Positions 63,129 through 64,000 of a DNA stretch of 64,000 nt are shown here, piece after piece. A program made the position numbers and the translations under genes. The notes under the pieces were generated by a model that was not told the DNA's origin, did no database searches, and saw only the letters and a program-made list of their open reading frames with translations. The DNA comes from a virus. The stretch lies in IMG/VR virus record IMGVR_UViG_3300045988_174813; one strand, 5' to 3'. Every line of letters starts with the position of its first letter. Position 1 is the stretch's first letter.

Positions 63129-63149
63129 TCTAACCTATATTAGGTTAGA
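63129..63149. promoter_or_regulatory. palindrome copy 6 of 7
   Basis: TCTAACCTA-TAT-TAGGTTAGA; 6 nt upstream of the -35. Confidence 0.65.
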
Positions 63150-63172
63150 AGCCTCCAAAAAATTGTCTACCC

Positions 63173-63610
63173 TCAACCGAGGGCAGACAAAATTTCCATA
63201 ATCTGCGACGGGTCAAAACTGTATTCTCCCCAGTTTTCGCGGTTCTTCTCTTCATCATCGAAAAGAATATCTTCCGCGCCGAGCTTGAAAGTTTCTTTCG
63301 GTGTGCCATACTCTACGACGTGGATAGCGTCCCACTTGACAGAGTGGAGATGCTTGTCAAGCCATTTCTTTTTGGCTTCGCGCACGGCTTCAAGATAGGC
63401 TTTCGAGCTTGTCTTGCTTCCCCACGAGATAACGCCGATAGTGTAGCCTGCGCGGTGGAGCTTGTTGAGCTTGCGCGCGAGCGTGCGCATATCACCGAGC
63501 GGTCGCGCCTGGGCATAGGGTCTTGGATTTTCTGCGCGAAGCATAGAAAGCCAATTTTCCACGGCGTAAAGGTCTGAAATTGTGCCGTCCATATCGAACC
63601 AAATCGTCAT
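63173..63610 (-). CDS. HAD-superfamily phosphatase, 5'(3')-deoxyribonucleotidase-like
   Basis: FDMDGT (DxDxT), ..ISWGSK.., ILFDDEEKN. Confidence 0.6.
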   Translation of the reverse strand: MTIWFDMDGTISDLYAVENWLSMLRAENPRPYAQARPLGDMRTLARKLNKLHRAGYTIGVISWGSKTSSKAYLEAVREAKKKWLDKHLHSVKWDAIHVVEYGTPKETFKLGAEDILFDDEEKNRENWGEYSFDPSQIMEILSALG

Positions 63611-63642
63611 TTCGTTGTGTCCTCCTTTATCTTTGTGAGTAT

Positions 63643-63671
63643 ATGATACTACATAATGAGTAAAAAGTCAA
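63643..63671 (-). promoter_or_regulatory. right-arm promoter
   Basis: TTGACT-17-TATCAT. Confidence 0.6.
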
Positions 63672-63688
63672 GAAAAAATTGTGTGGTT

Positions 63689-63709
63689 TCTAACCTATAT
63701 TAGGTTAGA
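63689..63709. promoter_or_regulatory. palindrome copy 7 of 7
   Basis: TCTAACCTA-TAT-TAGGTTAGA; 17 nt upstream of the -35. Confidence 0.65.
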
Positions 63710-63727
63710 TTATGATGGCTTATGCCA

Positions 63728-63946
63728 TCAATGAATAATGAGTTCTGTATCGAGTTTTTCAACAAGCTCGGAATTTGCAAAGTAAACCAACATGCCATCC
63801 GCAATATCGACTGTATTACACAAAGTATCACCAACTTTGCAAGGTCGTATCCTCATCCAAAGTTTACCCTCCCAACAAAAAACTTCTCCTTTTTTGATTG
63901 CTTCAAAAAAAACGTGTTCTTTCATTCTCGTATCTTTGACTTGCAT
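63728..63946 (-). CDS. small paralog-family protein (6 of 6)
   Basis: AAGGAGG RBS; see 62532. Confidence 0.6.
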   Translation of the reverse strand: MQVKDTRMKEHVFFEAIKKGEVFCWEGKLWMRIRPCKVGDTLCNTVDIADGMLVYFANSELVEKLDTELIIH

Positions 63947-63975
63947 TATAGTTTCCTCCTTTATTTTGTAATTGT

Positions 63976-64000
63976 ATTATACTCCACTATGCACTCCTTG
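63976..64000 (-). promoter_or_regulatory. right-arm promoter, -35 beyond window
   Basis: TATAAT at 63981-63976 upstream of 63946. Confidence 0.4.

Noticed and set aside
60389-63709. Interpreting the 21-bp palindromes as simple intrinsic terminators between genes
   Set aside because: The stems are AU-rich with a 3-nt loop and no adjacent U tract, and the sequence is invariant instead of covarying. The helical phasing (17 vs 6 nt) relative to the -35 boxes points to a DNA-level protein site. An RNA-level role is not fully excluded.

Overview
This window is a 64-kb, AT-rich segment of a tailed phage or prophage. The host looks like a Gram-positive Firmicute: GGAGG ribosome-binding sites, TTGACT-17-TATAAT promoters, a GH25+CW_7 endolysin, LysM/SH3/PG_binding lysins and a Spo0A-C-like gene. 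The central result is that TAG is not a stop codon here. By manual count, about 61 in-frame TAGs join ORF-track fragments into 22 longer genes: the tail-fibre module, the left-arm genes, a lysin, a homing endonuclease and a 566-aa gene with 11 TAGs. No gene model ends at TAG. A Gln-like tRNA with anticodon CUA sits at 34598-34673, and TAG aligns with conserved Gln positions. Layout: 1-3.9 kb holds minus-strand genes (nucleases, ligase). 4.1-17.6 kb is the plus-strand tail-fibre and endolysin block. 17.6-19.4 kb is minus strand (Spo0A-C-like, kinase, RNase H). 19.6-57.6 kb is plus strand: lysin/holin, DUF2828, a nucleobase salvage cassette, then a 10-kb tRNA island. The island holds about 17 tRNAs, aberrant tRNA-like pieces and about 2.8 kb of ORF-free, apparently GC-enriched structured spacers. 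After it come PhoH and about 45 small TAG-free genes behind near-identical promoters. 57.7-60.4 kb is a repeat/iteron zone around an initiator-like gene. 60.4-64 kb is a minus-strand TAG-free gene set whose promoters each follow a perfect 21-bp palindrome. All folding, motif matching and counting was done by eye; no searches were run.
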